IMG/VR virus record: IMGVR_UViG_3300021600_000005
Coordinates: 26,169-90,168 of that record
DNA length: 64,000 nt
Origin: a virus
Reading direction: 5' to 3' (one strand)
The notes under the pieces are model-generated. The model was not told the DNA's origin. It was given only the letters and a program-made list of their open reading frames with translations, and did not search any database. Both the position numbers and the translations under genes were made by a program. Positions within the stretch are counted from its first letter, which is position 1; each line of letters starts with the position of its first letter. Of this stretch, positions 27,146 through 36,846 are shown in pieces.

Positions 27146-27346
27146 TTAGTGAGTTGTGCTTGTAGCAACAACTGACATTGTTTCAACTGGTAGAACAACT
27201 GTAGAATCTACAACTTTGTTACAAGTGTCTTCACAACATGTAACTGTGGTTGAATCTGTTGTTGTTGGTTTAGTTGAATCACCACTTACACAAGATGCAA
27301 GTGAAAGTGCGGTTACTAGGACTGATGTTAAAATTACTTTTTTCAT
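27146..27346 (-). CDS. Small lipoprotein
   Basis: MKK, hydrophobic core and LASC lipobox; Thr/Asp-rich tail. Confidence 0.75.
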   Translation of the reverse strand: MKKVILTSVLVTALSLASCVSGDSTKPTTTDSTTVTCCEDTCNKVVDSTVVLPVETMSVVATSTTH

Positions 27347-27433
27347 TTTTTATATTGTTTTTATTTACTCAATAAATATACTATTTCACCCAATAAGTCA
27401 ACATTTATTAAAAAAATATTTTTTTTAATAAAA

Positions 27434-27733
27434 TTTGGTTTTTAATATAAAATGATTACATTTGTAGAACTTTGATAAAGTTTAATGTATTTATAAAACA
27501 CGTAAAATTTATTAAAAAAAGATTTGACAGTTTAAAAAAAATGTCTTATTTTTGTAAAAGAATTGATAGTTTTTAATGTATTTGTAAGACATAAAAAAAT
27601 ATTAAAAAAAGATTTGGTAAATCAAAAAACTTTACCTAACTTTGTAAAAGAATTGATAGTTTTTAATGTGTTTGTAAAACATAAAAAAAATTAAAAAAAG
27701 ATTTGGTAAATTAAAAAAAAATACCTAACTTTG
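27434..27733 (+). promoter_or_regulatory. Four tandem ~89-90-bp repeats, each a complete Bacteroidota promoter
   Basis: -33 TTTG at 27434, 27523, 27613, 27702; -7 TAnnTTTG at 27457, 27547, 27637, 27726. Confidence 0.85.
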
Positions 27734-27760
27734 TAAAAGATATCAGAAACGTCTGATTGT

Positions 27761-27771
27761 GTTCTTTGAAA
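27761..27771 (+). promoter_or_regulatory. boxA-like antitermination site
   Basis: GTTCTTTGAAA after a short hairpin (ATCAGA..TCTGAT), as in rRNA leaders. Confidence 0.55.
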
Positions 27772-27774
27772 TAT

Positions 27775-28640
27775 TATTATCCGTTTGACGGATTAAAATG
27801 AAACCTTCGGGTTAATTTTGAACTCCGTCAATAAATGATAATCGGCCGTGTATGGTCGTTAAATAAACCACGAAAGTGGGATAAAGTGAATTTACTTGTG
27901 TTAGTAAGTTTGCGGTTTCTTTAGAAACTCGAGTACACAAGTGGGATATCATCCGACCTTTATTACTGAGGGCGACGCTTTAAGGAAAGTGGTTGGATGG
28001 TTTGGGAATGTGGATTCTCAAACTGAGTTCGGAAGAACAATAAAAGTAACCCATAGGAATCAAGTAAAAAATGTGGCACCAACCATATAATTGCGGGTTC
28101 CAATGTTAAAGAGGACTTAAAACCGAAAGGTAAGATAAAGAACAAGTGGTGTTGTTATTATCCTTACATATCATCCGCCAAGATGTATGTTTGAAGTAAT
28201 CTTAAAATATTGAGATAGGGATATTTCACTGAGTAGAAAAGCATTTTGATTCTCAAAAGGAGTTGAAGCTTAAGATGGACCTCTACTTGGACGCATCCAC
28301 GACACATAAAACTTATACCAAATTTTAAGTAAAATTAAACTAAATATAAGCAAAAGTGTTCATCAGGTTTTGATGAAAGTCGCCTACATAGTCATGGGTT
28401 GTCCATGGCATACTAAGACCGCAAGTCGAAGTATATTTTTACCAAAAACCTCTAAGGAGTCGAATCCTGAGTTAACTCGCAAGGTTAAGGAGAGTGGAGT
28501 AGTAAAAGAGTAGTTGAAACCTTTAGGAGTGATTAGTCTAACTAATCGGCGATGAGACTTACCATTCAAAAGATGGTGGAAACAAAGGGAACTAATAATC
28601 CTTTAAAAGATTCTCACATATAGGTGTATTCTCAGCCTAA
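27775..28640 (+). ncRNA. Giant structured ncRNA, GOLLD-like
   Basis: ~860 nt, GC-elevated, no credible ORF; many GNRA/UUCG hairpins (AACC-TTCG-GGTT, CCAC-GAAA-GTGG, ACC-GAAA-GGT, GAC-CGCAA-GTC) and repeated GAGTA loop-E-like motifs; family call from recall. Confidence 0.72.
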
Positions 28641-29067
28641 ATTAAATATTGTAACAAAAATTGTTTATTAAATTAAACACTGGAGATGATACCTCATTAC
28701 AATACAAGTGGTTCCCAAGTTGTTTCCTTCATAACAACAGCAATGAACTAAAACTTGCAAAAATAAAATGAAAGGTTTTTTATTGGTGATTTAGTTAATT
28801 TATCACATTTTGGTACCACATCCAAAAAGATTAAAAAATAAACACTTTTTATGACTTCGGATGTCACAGGTTAGTTCAAACCAAAAAAACTCATGTCACT
28901 TTTGTTTAGAAAGTTTTGTTTTATAAACAGTCTTCTATTTTAGTGGTTAACTAAAAATGAAACAATTGAATAAACGGTTTTGTTAGAATTACCAAAAAAA
29001 AGTAACGTCACAAACTACTTTCGTATAATATCCAATTTACGTTCTAACAACTGGGTAAAGGCTAAAT

Positions 29068-29106
29068 AGGGAGGTTTGATTAGCCGTCAGACCTCCCTTT
29101 CTTTTT
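29068..29106 (+). terminator. Intrinsic terminator ending the ncRNA transcription unit
   Basis: AGGGAGGTTTGA-ttagccg-TCAGACCTCCCT followed by a T tract. Confidence 0.8.
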
Positions 29107-29165
29107 GAAAAATCTTTAATATTATTATGGTACCCTTGAGGTATAAAAACTAAAAATTTAATAGC

Positions 29166-29501
29166 ATGGAAATGTATTATTTTTCTTTAGGTATTCTTTC
29201 GATTATTAGTCTAATTTTTTGTAGTCTAATTGTTTGGGGTTTAGTTAAGGTGATTAAAACAAAAAATGATTTAGAAAATTTCAAAGAGTCTTATAAATGG
29301 GATTTAGAATGTAACCATAGAAGATTTGATGACAACAAAAGAGAGGTTAATCTTCATATGGAAGCTTTCAATAGAAATATTGAAGAGACCGTTAACAGTG
29401 TACACCGCTCAATTGATGAAAATTTTAATGAATCTAGAAGTTACACCGACAAACGAATTGACAAATTTTTAAACAAGTCAATTGACTCTGAAAAGAATTA
29501 A
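29166..29501 (+). CDS. TM plus coiled-coil hypothetical protein
   Basis: N-terminal TM; C-terminal SYTDKRIDK. Confidence 0.65.
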   Translation: MEMYYFSLGILSIISLIFCSLIVWGLVKVIKTKNDLENFKESYKWDLECNHRRFDDNKREVNLHMEAFNRNIEETVNSVHRSIDENFNESRSYTDKRIDKFLNKSIDSEKN

Positions 29502-29502
29502 C

Positions 29503-29530
29503 AAAAACCCCACTTATATGTGGGGTTTTT
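29503..29530. terminator. Bidirectional terminator
   Basis: AAAAACCCCAC-ttatat-GTGGGGTTTTT. Confidence 0.85.
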
Positions 29531-29534
29531 TAAT

Positions 29535-29927
29535 TGGTGGAGGCGGAGGGCTCCGACTCCCTCGTCCAAGTAACCCCGATTAACCAGGACTACACGCTTA
29601 GTATAAAGTTTTCTAACTTTCCAAAAATACTTAATTCTCTTATTTTATAGTGGTTCGATTTATCAAGAACTTAACTTCCACTTGTCTCTTTTTGGGTAGA
29701 GTCCACACCATTGCAAGGACTTCTGTTCCTAGGTTATATGTCCGCCGACCCGAAACTGTTACTTAATCTAATTAAGCTACAGCAACTTCCTCAGTACGGA
29801 TTAATCCAACTGATGAAAGTTTGTTGATGATGTTATCACCTGAAAAGTAAACCAGTTTTTACAAGGTTAGTTTAGCCTCGACGTGCCCCAATTAACAGAA
29901 AAAACCTGTCAAATCCAAAGCGCCCCC
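29535..29927 (-). ncRNA. ssrA: tmRNA
   Basis: 5' GGGGGCG/CGCCTCC-ACCA 3' acceptor stem with G3.U70, GGATTTGAC, pk1 and tag ORF GDNIINKLSSVGLIRTEEVAVA*. Confidence 0.93.
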
Positions 29928-29955
29928 AATATGTTAATGAACGATTATTAAGATA

Positions 29956-29986
29956 CAAATATAATTATAATTTGACAATTATCAAA
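29956..29986 (-). promoter_or_regulatory. Bacteroidota-type promoter of tmRNA
   Basis: TTTG-N19-TATATTTG on the minus strand. Confidence 0.75.
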
Positions 29987-30020
29987 TTTTTAATATTTAT
30001 TCTTAAACATATTTATAAAT

Positions 30021-31421
30021 ATGCCAGAACAAGAAGAAGAAAATAAAAACTTAGCTTATGAACATTCTAGGGTTTTATATGATACTGACGATTTGATGTT
30101 AGTTGAAGTTGAAAATTACGATGGGGCTAAGTATTTTGGACCTAATTTTGTAGAAAGAAATTATTTTAAAAATTATAATAATGGTGTCTTGTATTTTATT
30201 ATTAATAAAAAAGAAATAACTAAAGAGTCTTTTAAATCGTCAACCTATACAATTTATATTGAGGGTAAGGGCAATGAAACCCATATTTTTAATCCTTTGG
30301 GGGATAAAATTTCATTGTCTGAAATTATTAAAACATTTCCAGTTTTAGAAACTCGTTTAATAGAAATACTAGGTGTTAGTGGTATATATTCAGCATTATT
30401 ATCAATAAAGAATGGGAATGAAACGACTTCATACCAATTACAAAGACATGATGATTTAATATCTGGGTTTAAATTTAAAGAAAAATCTCCCGGTAATAGT
30501 ATGGTATCTTTAACGTTTGCTAATGAAAGTAAATTTTTTGAGTTATTTGGATTTGATGAAAATGACATGTGGGCTTTAAACGTAATTATGAGTAGATATG
30601 GAGCCGATGATGTATTTTACTCAAATGACTACGCATATTCAGATTTTAAAGAAGGATACCTTATTAGGGAGTTTTCTAATGAAAATATGGATAAAGTCAA
30701 AGAAATAATATCGTATTTAGAACCATCAATACTTCCTATAAATGATGAAAATGATAAATTAGAGAATGTTTCACAGATTTTATTTAAAACTTTTGAAAGT
30801 GAATGTGAATCATTTATTAATGATTATTCAAGTATGATGAATAACTGCAAACAAAGCGCAGCTCTTGACGATGTATACGATGATTTAGGGGATGTTTTAA
30901 TTAAATATGGAATGTTAACTAAAACACCACTATATAAATATTACACAACTGTATCAACTCTTTTAGCTCTATATGATATGACAGGAGTAAAAGATGGAAG
31001 TATAACTGATGTTTTAACTAAGTTACTAAATGATTCTCACGGCGGAGGATGGTCCGATAGTTTATATGAATACGATTGTAAAGATTTTGGTAGTGAAGAA
31101 TTTAATAACGGCGTTTCTTGGGAATTAGATAAAATGTTAGAACAACTTTTAGATTCTGATAAATTTGCTAATTTAGAAGTGTATAGAAAGGCTCTTTCAA
31201 TTTTAGATAAATACACTATAGGGTTTACCTATGAACTTCCAAGAAATAAAAAGGAAAAGTTTAAAATTATGAGTCTTGACCCGGCAACAAACAAATTTAC
31301 AATAAGATATTTTTCAAGCGAAAATACTTCTGGTATTGGGACTAGAAATAATCCTGGAGAATTAAGGTCATTCACTTTGGATGAATTTAACAATTTTTTA
31401 CATACACCAGAACTTTTTTAA
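30021..31421 (+). CDS. Hypothetical acidic protein
   Basis: 466-aa ORF, TATTTATA upstream, ends PELF. Confidence 0.75.
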   Translation: MPEQEEENKNLAYEHSRVLYDTDDLMLVEVENYDGAKYFGPNFVERNYFKNYNNGVLYFIINKKEITKESFKSSTYTIYIEGKGNETHIFNPLGDKISLSEIIKTFPVLETRLIEILGVSGIYSALLSIKNGNETTSYQLQRHDDLISGFKFKEKSPGNSMVSLTFANESKFFELFGFDENDMWALNVIMSRYGADDVFYSNDYAYSDFKEGYLIREFSNENMDKVKEIISYLEPSILPINDENDKLENVSQILFKTFESECESFINDYSSMMNNCKQSAALDDVYDDLGDVLIKYGMLTKTPLYKYYTTVSTLLALYDMTGVKDGSITDVLTKLLNDSHGGGWSDSLYEYDCKDFGSEEFNNGVSWELDKMLEQLLDSDKFANLEVYRKALSILDKYTIGFTYELPRNKKEKFKIMSLDPATNKFTIRYFSSENTSGIGTRNNPGELRSFTLDEFNNFLHTPELF

Positions 31422-31457
31422 TTATTAATTATTAAGATTTTTTAGTATATTTGTACT

Positions 31458-32291
31458 ATGGAAAGAAATTATGAATTATTAAAAAGTGTATTATCTGTAG
31501 CAACTCACACTTATCAGGAAGAATTAATGATTAATTTTATTGAAAATTGGTTAGTTGAAAATAATCTACCATATTTTGTTGATGATATGGGGAATATTTA
31601 TGTAACAAAACAAACTGACCAAAATATTAAATTTTTTCCATGTGTTGTCTCTCATACAGATACTGTACATAATATCGACACCATTAACATTCGAGAGACT
31701 ATATTACCAAACACTCAAAATATAATGAAACCATCTTTAAATGCCTTTAATAACGAAGGTAAACCAACTGGGATTGGCGGGGATGATAAATGTGGAGTTT
31801 ACGCTTGTTTAGAATTACTTAAAGAATTACCTAATTTAAAGGCGGCGTTTTTTGTTTCAGAAGAAACTGGGTGTTATGGTTCAAGGTCAGCAAATAAATC
31901 ATTTTTTGAAAATGTTGGTTATGCTATACAGTTTGACGCTCCTGGTAATAGAATGATTACTGAAATCTCTATGGGTACTAGGTTATTTGAACTAAATGGA
32001 GACTTTCATAAAATAACAAGTAATATTTTAAATGAAGAATTTAACGGTACTGGAGAATATGGTTCACATCCATATACCGATATATATGCTTTAAAACATT
32101 TATTTGATTTTTCATGTATTAACATCTCTATTGGGTATTATAGATACCATACAAGAAATGAGTACGTGGTTATTGAAGATGTTTATAACGGTATTAATGT
32201 TGGAAAAAAAATAATTGAAGGACTGTCGTATAAAAAATACAAATATTTACCAGATTCAAATTATTTATTTAATACAAAAAAACAGTTTTAA
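31458..32291 (+). CDS. M20/M28/M42-clan zinc peptidase
   Basis: SHTDTVH, GGDDKCG, SEETG, H near the C-terminus. Confidence 0.85.
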   Translation: MERNYELLKSVLSVATHTYQEELMINFIENWLVENNLPYFVDDMGNIYVTKQTDQNIKFFPCVVSHTDTVHNIDTINIRETILPNTQNIMKPSLNAFNNEGKPTGIGGDDKCGVYACLELLKELPNLKAAFFVSEETGCYGSRSANKSFFENVGYAIQFDAPGNRMITEISMGTRLFELNGDFHKITSNILNEEFNGTGEYGSHPYTDIYALKHLFDFSCINISIGYYRYHTRNEYVVIEDVYNGINVGKKIIEGLSYKKYKYLPDSNYLFNTKKQF

Positions 32292-34354
32292 TCAATCTTT
32301 TTTTTCTTTCTTGTTTTTTTTGGTTTTTCTTCAATTTCATTTTGATTATCAGGCAAAAGTATTTTAACCAAGTTGTTTTCTGAAGTCAAAGAATAGTTAC
32401 CATTTTCGATAATGTTACCTTTAATAATTTCTTCAGATATAAAATCTTCTATTTTATCCTGAATAGCTCTTTTTATTGGTCTTGCACCATATGTTTCATC
32501 AAACCCAACTTCAGAAATTAAATTTAAGACTGTTTCATCAAAAGTTATATTATAATTTAAACCAATTAACCTTTTAGATAGAACATCCAATTCTATAGTT
32601 ACTATTTTTTTAATATCTTCTTTAACCAACGCGTTAAAAATTACTATTTCATCAACTCTATTTAAAAATTCAGGAGAAAAAAAGTTTTTAAGTTCTTTTT
32701 TTAACACATCTCTACGATGTTCTTCTTCAGCATATGAATTATTAATAGTTTTAAATCCAACTCCAGTTCCAAAATCTTGTAATTTTTTTGAACCAATATT
32801 AGAGGTCATAATGATTACACAATTTTTAAAATTAATTTTTTTACCTAAACTATCCGTTAAATGTCCTTCATCTAGTACTTGAAGTAACGTTGAAAAAATA
32901 TCTTTATGGGCTTTTTCAACCTCATCAAATAAAATTACAGAATACGGTCTATTTTTAACTTGTTCAGTTAATTGTCCTCCATCTTCATAACCAACATACC
33001 CACTAGGAGCTCCAATTAATCTTGATATAGTGTGTTTTTCTTGATATTCTGACATATCCACACGAATTAAATTATCTTCACTACCAAACATTTCTTTTGC
33101 TAATTTTTTGGCCAATAACGTTTTACCAACACCTGTTGACCCGAGAAAAATAAAAGAACCAATTGGTTTATTAGGGTCTTTTATACCTAACCTATTTCTT
33201 CTAATTGATTTTGCAACTTTTAATACCGCTTCTTCCTGACCAATAACTTTACCAGATAAATTATCTGCCAATTTTGATAATAAAACTGTTTCGTCAAAAT
33301 TTAATTTTGTAATTGGAATTTTAGTCATATTTGATACGACCTCATAAACCAAGTCAATTGTGATTATTTTCTTTTTTATTAAGAGTTCTTCTTCAAATTT
33401 TTTCTTTTCAGAACTTAATTTATCTAAAATTTTCTTTTCTTTATCTCTAAGATTTGCGGCCTCTTCATAGTTTTGTTTTTTAACAACATCTATTTTTTGT
33501 TGTTTAATTTTTTGCGCCTGTTCTTTCAAATCGTCAATAACAAATGGCATTTTAACTTCAACCTGACTACGAGCTCCAACTTCATCAATAATATCAAATG
33601 CTTTATCTGGGAATTCTCTGTCTGTAATATATCTTTCAGACAAATCAACACATAACGATAAAACTTCATCACTATAGAGTACTTTATGAAAAGTTTCATA
33701 TTTATCCTTAACATTTTTAAGGATTTCTAAGGTTTCTTTTTTACTTGTTGGGTCAATTATTACTTTTTGAAAACGTCTTTCTAATGCTCCATCTTTTTCA
33801 AAGTTTTTTCTATACTCATCTAATGTTGTTGCTCCAACACATTGAATTTCACCTCTAGCTAACGCTGGTTTAAATATATTAGAAGCGTCTAAAGAACCTG
33901 AAGAATTACCGGCTCCAACGATTGTGTGTATTTCATCAATAAAAACAATAATATTAGATTGAGACTGAAGTTCATCTATAATAACTTTCATTCTTTCTTC
34001 AAATTGACCTCTGTATTTAGTTCCGGCAACAATTGAGGTCATATCTAATGAAACTACTCTTTTATCCGCTAAATTTCTTGGACAATCACCATTATATATT
34101 TTTATTGCTAACCCTTCAATAATAGCCGTTTTTCCACTTCCTGGAGCCCCAATAATAATTGGGTTATTTTTTTTACGTCTAGATAAAATTTGAGCAATTC
34201 TCATTATTTCACGTTCACGTCCAATTACCGGGTCAAGTTTACCTTCCTCCGCCAATTTTATTAAATCTCTACTAAAGTTATCTAAAACTGGTGTTGGGGA
34301 GTCAGAATCTTTTTTTGGTTTTTGTTTACCATCATTTTCTACAGAATCGGTCAT
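32288..34354 (-). CDS. clpC: ClpC-like AAA+ ATPase lacking the N-terminal domain
   Basis: LDPVIGR, GAPGSGKT, FIDEIH, GSTGVGKT, DMSEY, LFDEVEKAH, UVR-like YEEAANLRD, GVGF loop, YGARP. Confidence 0.9.
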   Translation of the reverse strand: MTDSVENDGKQKPKKDSDSPTPVLDNFSRDLIKLAEEGKLDPVIGREREIMRIAQILSRRKKNNPIIIGAPGSGKTAIIEGLAIKIYNGDCPRNLADKRVVSLDMTSIVAGTKYRGQFEERMKVIIDELQSQSNIIVFIDEIHTIVGAGNSSGSLDASNIFKPALARGEIQCVGATTLDEYRKNFEKDGALERRFQKVIIDPTSKKETLEILKNVKDKYETFHKVLYSDEVLSLCVDLSERYITDREFPDKAFDIIDEVGARSQVEVKMPFVIDDLKEQAQKIKQQKIDVVKKQNYEEAANLRDKEKKILDKLSSEKKKFEEELLIKKKIITIDLVYEVVSNMTKIPITKLNFDETVLLSKLADNLSGKVIGQEEAVLKVAKSIRRNRLGIKDPNKPIGSFIFLGSTGVGKTLLAKKLAKEMFGSEDNLIRVDMSEYQEKHTISRLIGAPSGYVGYEDGGQLTEQVKNRPYSVILFDEVEKAHKDIFSTLLQVLDEGHLTDSLGKKINFKNCVIIMTSNIGSKKLQDFGTGVGFKTINNSYAEEEHRRDVLKKELKNFFSPEFLNRVDEIVIFNALVKEDIKKIVTIELDVLSKRLIGLNYNITFDETVLNLISEVGFDETYGARPIKRAIQDKIEDFISEEIIKGNIIENGNYSLTSENNLVKILLPDNQNEIEEKPKKTRKKKKID

Positions 34355-34448
34355 ATGTTTTTTTTTAAAAATATAACTAATAAAAATAAAAAACTCAACC
34401 TATTAAAAATTAAGTTTATAATTTTATAAAATTTAATATATTTAAATT

Positions 34449-34691
34449 ATGGCAATTAAAAAAGAAACAATAGAAGGTACAAAGATTATTAATGAAATTG
34501 ATTCTAGTAACTTATCAAAAACCGAATACGATACTGAAACTAAAAAACTTTTAGTTGAGTTTAAAAATGGTTTAAAATATGAATATTATGAAGTCCCTCA
34601 TAAACTACACGTTCAATTTAGAATGTCTGAATCTCAAGGTAAATTTTTTAGTTTAAATATCTCAAAAACATATAAGTATAAAAAAATATAA
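34449..34691 (+). CDS. KTSC-domain protein
   Basis: SSNL...YD...L.VEFKNG..YEY..VP...SESQGKFF. Confidence 0.85.
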   Translation: MAIKKETIEGTKIINEIDSSNLSKTEYDTETKKLLVEFKNGLKYEYYEVPHKLHVQFRMSESQGKFFSLNISKTYKYKKI

Positions 34692-34721
34692 TATTAATAT
34701 TTATTATGATATTTATTGTCA

Positions 34722-36767
34722 ATGAGTAATTTAAAAAACATTTTATCTAGTTTTAAACTTAGAAATACTTTAAACCTTAAAATTTGGGAGTTATCAGATA
34801 AAGATAAGGATTCAAATAACACTACTAATAATTATAAAATTTACCCTGAAGTCAGAGAAAGACTTTTAGAAATTGCTTATCGTTTTATAGATAGTTTTGA
34901 CATTGAGGTTGTTATTGATGATATCATAATAACAGGTTCGTTAGTTAATTTTAACTGGTCAAAATTTTCAGATGTTGATTTACACGTTTTAATAAATTTT
35001 AAACAATTTCCAGAAAAACATAGACCTCTTTATGTTGAATTATTGGACCTTAAAAAAGTTCTATTTAATTTAAAGTATAATATAAAAGTTAAAGGATTTG
35101 ATGTTGAATTATACGCTCAAGATAAATCAGTAACTAGTTTTAGTTCTGGAGTTTATTCCGTATTGTTTGATAAGTGGGAAAGTTTCCCTAACAAAGAAAA
35201 AGTTGAAATTGATAAAGAAGCGATTTTGAATAAAACAAATCAATGGACACAAATTATTGATTCCGCAATTGAAGAGGCTTCCGATAAAAATTTAGAAGAC
35301 GGGTTAAAAATACTTAACAAATTTAAAGATAAATTAAAAAAATATAGAACAAGTGGATTAGAAGAAGGTGGTGAGTATTCAAATGAAAATTTAGTTTTTA
35401 AAGCCTTAAGAAGAAATGGGTACATTGGAAAATTATATGATTTTAAAAATAAGTTAATGAGTAATAAATTATCATTAACTGAATCTTATTTAAATGAAGC
35501 GAACACCTATGGTTTCCCTGAAGGTAATGTTGATTCGGGGAAGGTATTAACAGGCGGTGTTGGAGGTAATTGGGGTGGTTCTATGGATATTGCGTTAGAA
35601 ATATTAAGTTTTGCTAAAGATTGTAAAGGAGGGGATATAGTTGTTTCATCACAAAAAAGAAGTAGGAAAAAAACCGCATCTGGTAATGTTTCCGACCATT
35701 ACGTTGGTAATTTAGGGGCATATGCTGTAGATATACCTACGAGTGGGAAACAAGGAGATGAATTGCTCTCATGTATAATGGAAAAATGGAATGGGGGGTC
35801 TAATAAAGATTATAAGGGGGGTAAATGGTTAAACGTTAATGTTGGAGAATATAGATACCAATTTGGTTGGAGGGTTAAGGACCACTATGACCATATTCAT
35901 GTTGGGGTTAAAAAAAATAACATAAAGTCAGGAATTGATACTGATTCTGAAATAAAAAATGAATTAGTTACTGATGCAGAAAAATCAGAATTTTTAGAAG
36001 AACTTAAATCAATTGCAAATTCTGATAAAACATTTAAAAATCTTAAAACAGATGGTAATAGAATCCCATACGACCCTGATGTTGAAATAATTCAAACTTC
36101 ATTACAATTTTTAGGGTTTTTATTGCCAAAATGGGGTGTTGATGGAAAATTTGGACCTGAAACCGAAGCGTCGTCAAATGGATTTAAATCAAAGTATCTT
36201 CCAATACTTAAAAAATTTAAACATTTAATATCGTCTGAAAAAAATGTTTTAACAAGTGATGATATAAAAGTATTATACGCTTCTTTACTTGAAGAAGGTT
36301 TTGAAGAGTCTGATTTAACCGGTATACAAAAAAAGTCTGATTTTAGTAAAATGGATATTGGAGATGATAAAGAATTTTATGAACAAATTCTTAACTGTGT
36401 AGGAGCCCCAATAACGGAAGAAAATTTAAAATTTTTATATGCTTGGAGGCAAGCAGAAAATGCTAACGCTGCTAATAACCCTTTCAATACTACTATGCCA
36501 TTTAAAAACGCCACACTTTACGGAACAAATAAGGCAAAAGTAAAAGAATATCAAACACGTCAAGATGGTCTTGAAGCAACTTGTAAAACACTTAACTTAA
36601 GTTATTATACATGTATTGTTGATGGACTTGTTAATGACATTGGGGCTGAACTTATTTCAACAAAATGTGACTCCGCATTAAAAAAATGGGGGACTCATGC
36701 AACTACTCCATTAATAACAAAGGTATTAAAAGGTAAAATTGACCCACCACCAATTGCTACATCATAA
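34722..36767 (+). CDS. Multidomain protein: Pol-beta-type nucleotidyltransferase, M15-like peptidase, PG-binding and lysozyme-like domains
   Basis: GSLVNFNWSKFSDVDLH and DVELY; SDH..AVD..HYDHIHV; GVDGKFGPET; AWRQAE..NNPFNTT. Confidence 0.75.
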   Translation: MSNLKNILSSFKLRNTLNLKIWELSDKDKDSNNTTNNYKIYPEVRERLLEIAYRFIDSFDIEVVIDDIIITGSLVNFNWSKFSDVDLHVLINFKQFPEKHRPLYVELLDLKKVLFNLKYNIKVKGFDVELYAQDKSVTSFSSGVYSVLFDKWESFPNKEKVEIDKEAILNKTNQWTQIIDSAIEEASDKNLEDGLKILNKFKDKLKKYRTSGLEEGGEYSNENLVFKALRRNGYIGKLYDFKNKLMSNKLSLTESYLNEANTYGFPEGNVDSGKVLTGGVGGNWGGSMDIALEILSFAKDCKGGDIVVSSQKRSRKKTASGNVSDHYVGNLGAYAVDIPTSGKQGDELLSCIMEKWNGGSNKDYKGGKWLNVNVGEYRYQFGWRVKDHYDHIHVGVKKNNIKSGIDTDSEIKNELVTDAEKSEFLEELKSIANSDKTFKNLKTDGNRIPYDPDVEIIQTSLQFLGFLLPKWGVDGKFGPETEASSNGFKSKYLPILKKFKHLISSEKNVLTSDDIKVLYASLLEEGFEESDLTGIQKKSDFSKMDIGDDKEFYEQILNCVGAPITEENLKFLYAWRQAENANAANNPFNTTMPFKNATLYGTNKAKVKEYQTRQDGLEATCKTLNLSYYTCIVDGLVNDIGAELISTKCDSALKKWGTHATTPLITKVLKGKIDPPPIATS

Positions 36768-36846
36768 TAATTAATTTTAATTATAACAATTTGAATTAAT
36801 TATATATTTATATAAAAATAATTTATTTAAAAAAAAAATAAAAAAA

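Noticed and set aside
27434-27733. Tandem repeats as a CRISPR array
   Set aside because: Whole units are similar with no unique spacers; explained by promoter motifs
27963-28569. Minus-strand ORFs 27963-28145 and 28384-28569
   Set aside because: Short, atypical composition, and antisense to the structured RNA
27775-28640. rRNA fragment or group I/II intron
   Set aside because: No recognisable rRNA universal motifs, no interrupted host gene and no intron boundary signatures
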